From: Callorhinchus milii
Lineage: Eukaryota
Assembly: GCF_018977255.1 (NCBI RefSeq)
Contig: NW_024704742.1
Coordinates: 44,704,001-44,768,000, forward strand
Direction: 5' to 3'
Length of the DNA: 64,000 nt
The position numbers and the translations under genes are program-made. Positions within the stretch are counted from its first letter, which is position 1; every line of letters begins with the position of its first letter. Below, one piece after another: positions 61,631 through 64,000 of this stretch. The notes under the pieces are model-generated. The model was given only the letters and a program-made list of their open reading frames with translations, was not told the origin of the DNA and searched no databases.

Positions 61631-63177
61631 AGGATTTTTATCTGGCTTTGACCGCTTTGTGGGAACAGACACCAAATATAGTACATATTGTGAAAAAGGA
61701 CCCAAATAATCTGGTTGTGTAATATAGAATTTACTTGATTTGTAGTTTCAATTTACATGTAGCCCTATGCAAAATATTCTGCAATAGAATACGAAAGAGG
61801 TTTATGTACATAATTGCAGCTGTAATTGACAAAAAAATAAAATCTGTGCATTCTTCATTCAACTTGAATGAAGACATTTAATGGATACATTTCTATGATA
61901 ATCAATGGATGATGTACAAGTGTTGAATAAAGGTTGACTTTTCGTGCTGTACAGTGAAAATTTCCACAGTTTTTGTTCTAAGTGATTGAGTTCACAAATT
62001 AATTTCACACAATTCACAGAACATGATAGATACTGCATATTGGCAAATTGATCACTGCAGTTTAATGTGACAGATACAAAACCCAGAACGGTCTATCATT
62101 TAGCATGGTGAACTACCTAGTTCATTAATAATAAAAGTAGCCTCAGTTGGTTAATTCACTCAAAACTGTTCTTTCTAAAAAAAATGCTGTAAAAGATTCA
62201 TATTCAAAAAATTGTATAATATTTTTCCTACTCAATTCACCATATCCACTTTAATTTCTATAAATCTATAATATGAGTGTTTGTTTGATATACTGCAAAG
62301 TGTCTAGTTATTTCCATAAAACATCATAAATGTAGCTGAATTTCACTTTGGGGAAGTCTGGTTTACTAAACTGTATATTTAGAGCATACTTTATGAGCCT
62401 AACTCGCATACAATTCTTCATTTGAATTAAATATCGTGAGTTTTTTTTCTGTGTATCAAGAATGCCATTTCTGGTAAAATAAAAATATGCAACAGCAAAT
62501 GTTGATCTGTGGGCTACTCTGGAACAACAATAACAAACAACAACTTGGATTTATAATAGCGTTTCTTACTCAGCCTGACTTGGAGCACTTTACTCAAAGT
62601 CACACTCAAAAATCACATGGGAGCTAAACAATTCTACCTAACTTTAGCTGTATGTGGGATTTACAAAACAAATAACTTTACCTATGTATCAACATTATTG
62701 TGACAGATATCGCTGGGGATGGGGGGTAGCGTGGGGGAATGCAGGGACTCCTTGGAGATGAGCGGACTCCATAGTGCTGTGCTCGCAAGGGGCAGAATGT
62801 CAAAATCAAAGCAATCTTCAAGTTAATTTGGAGGGGCAGAGCACAGGGATCCCAGCAATGCGCTCATGAACAAGGATTCTTCCCACTCGGCTCTTACTCT
62901 ACACAGTTGTATTTGGACATGTTTTGAAATTTTAGACAGTAGTTAAGCATAGTTATGTGTTATTATAGAGAACTAGCATTGTTGATCAGACATTGGCAAC
63001 AAATATTTCTAAAGCTGTTGCAAATGTTTGCACACATGGACATTACGATATACTAAAAATAGTAAGCTTTTCGCTACATCTTTACGATGCAAGATCAACA
63101 GCTGTTGTATTTACATAAACTATTACGTTTTTTTGATTGTTCGAAGAATTTGAAGTACTTGTGTATTTTATTTACTA

Positions 63178-63350
63178 TGATTGGAACAGGTTGCCAGGAA
63201 GGGTGGTTGAGGCCCAGGCACTGGACTCATTTAAAAAGCAATTTGATGATGTGATGGGGGGGGGGACATGTGACGGGGTGGGTATTGTGGAGGGATGAGA
63301 CCTGATGGGACAAAGGGCCTTCATCCAAACTAATCTTGTGATCTACTCTT
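63178..63350 (+). mobile_element. CR1 3' end
   Basis: WNRLPGRVVEAQALDSFKKQFD (CR1 ORF2 terminus). Confidence 0.75.
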
Positions 63351-63419
63351 TTTCTCACCCTTAGGTTCTGGGACAGAAAATTAAACAATGGAAAGTGCTT
63401 CCCCATATCCATCCCTTAT

Positions 63420-63800
63420 CCATGCTTTAATCTCACATCCCGGTTTGATTATTCTGATTCCCTGCTAGTACAGGCTAAAGACCATCTCCTGCACTAGGCT
63501 CTGTGAACCTATCGACCTTACTCAGCTCCACTCACTCCTTATCTCCCAGTGGATTGAATCCAAGATCATTGTGGTCACTTTCAAATCGTTCACTTCCCCC
63601 TACCTCTGCAACCCTGCTGCCACAGGTATTCCTAAAACACACAAACACCAGCCTGCTTCATGAAGCGACCTGTCTGATCTACCCCATCATTGGTGTGTGT
63701 GCTTTCAGTCATGCTGTCCTGCTCTCTGGAAGTTTCATTCAGGAGTTCCTCTCCCTCAAGTGTTCCTCACCCCCATTCCTCCTCCCTCCACCTCCCCCCC
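63420..63800 (+). mobile_element. Old L2 3' fragment
   Basis: tcccggtttgattattctgattccctgcta; ggattgaatccaagatc; gctttcagtcatgctgtcc..ctctggaa. Confidence 0.65.
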
Positions 63801-64000
63801 ATTCCTCCTCCCGCTCATTACTCTTCACCCTCTACAGTCCACTACTAATAAAACCTTATATTACCACAGACCTCCCTGGGTTTGACAGTTCTGTGTTCTC
63901 AGCCGGCTGAACTTTAGAACAGATAGAGTACTATTGATCTGGTTTACTGCGATACATTTCCCCTTTGCCCTCTCCAAAGGACAATATTTTTGACATTGTG

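Overview
Eukaryotic, vertebrate non-coding DNA; no prokaryotic features, no CRISPR, no intact gene. The repeat content (GC/purine-skewed L2-clade LINEs with (TTG)n tails, an abundant tRNA-Ala-derived SINE with (TTA)n tails sharing the L2 3' stem-loop, SacSINE1/DeuSINE-like SINEs, CR1 3' ends, a Penelope fragment) points to a cartilaginous fish, most plausibly a chimaera such as Callorhinchus (inference). The window looks like a large intron or intergenic region made of dozens of 5'-truncated and nested retrotransposon copies. All long ORFs in the track are broken or off-frame TE sequence. Hand translation also reveals decayed L1-clade ORF2 relics (11.8-12.8 kb, 46.3-46.6 kb) and a hAT (Buster/SPIN/GTF2IRD2-like) transposase relic (60.1-61.1 kb). 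I see no evidence for a wholly new biological system. The best signals are mechanistic footprints of retrotransposition: an L2+SINE chimera inside one 11-bp TSD, two inverted SINEs with homogenised 5' halves, flank-templated filler at an L2 5' junction, a 69-bp inverted duplication, compensatory changes in the shared LINE/SINE 3' hairpin and SINE module swapping. There is also one candidate terminal exon encoding a C-terminal hydrophobic anchor (about 33.0 kb). Boundaries of old degraded copies are approximate.
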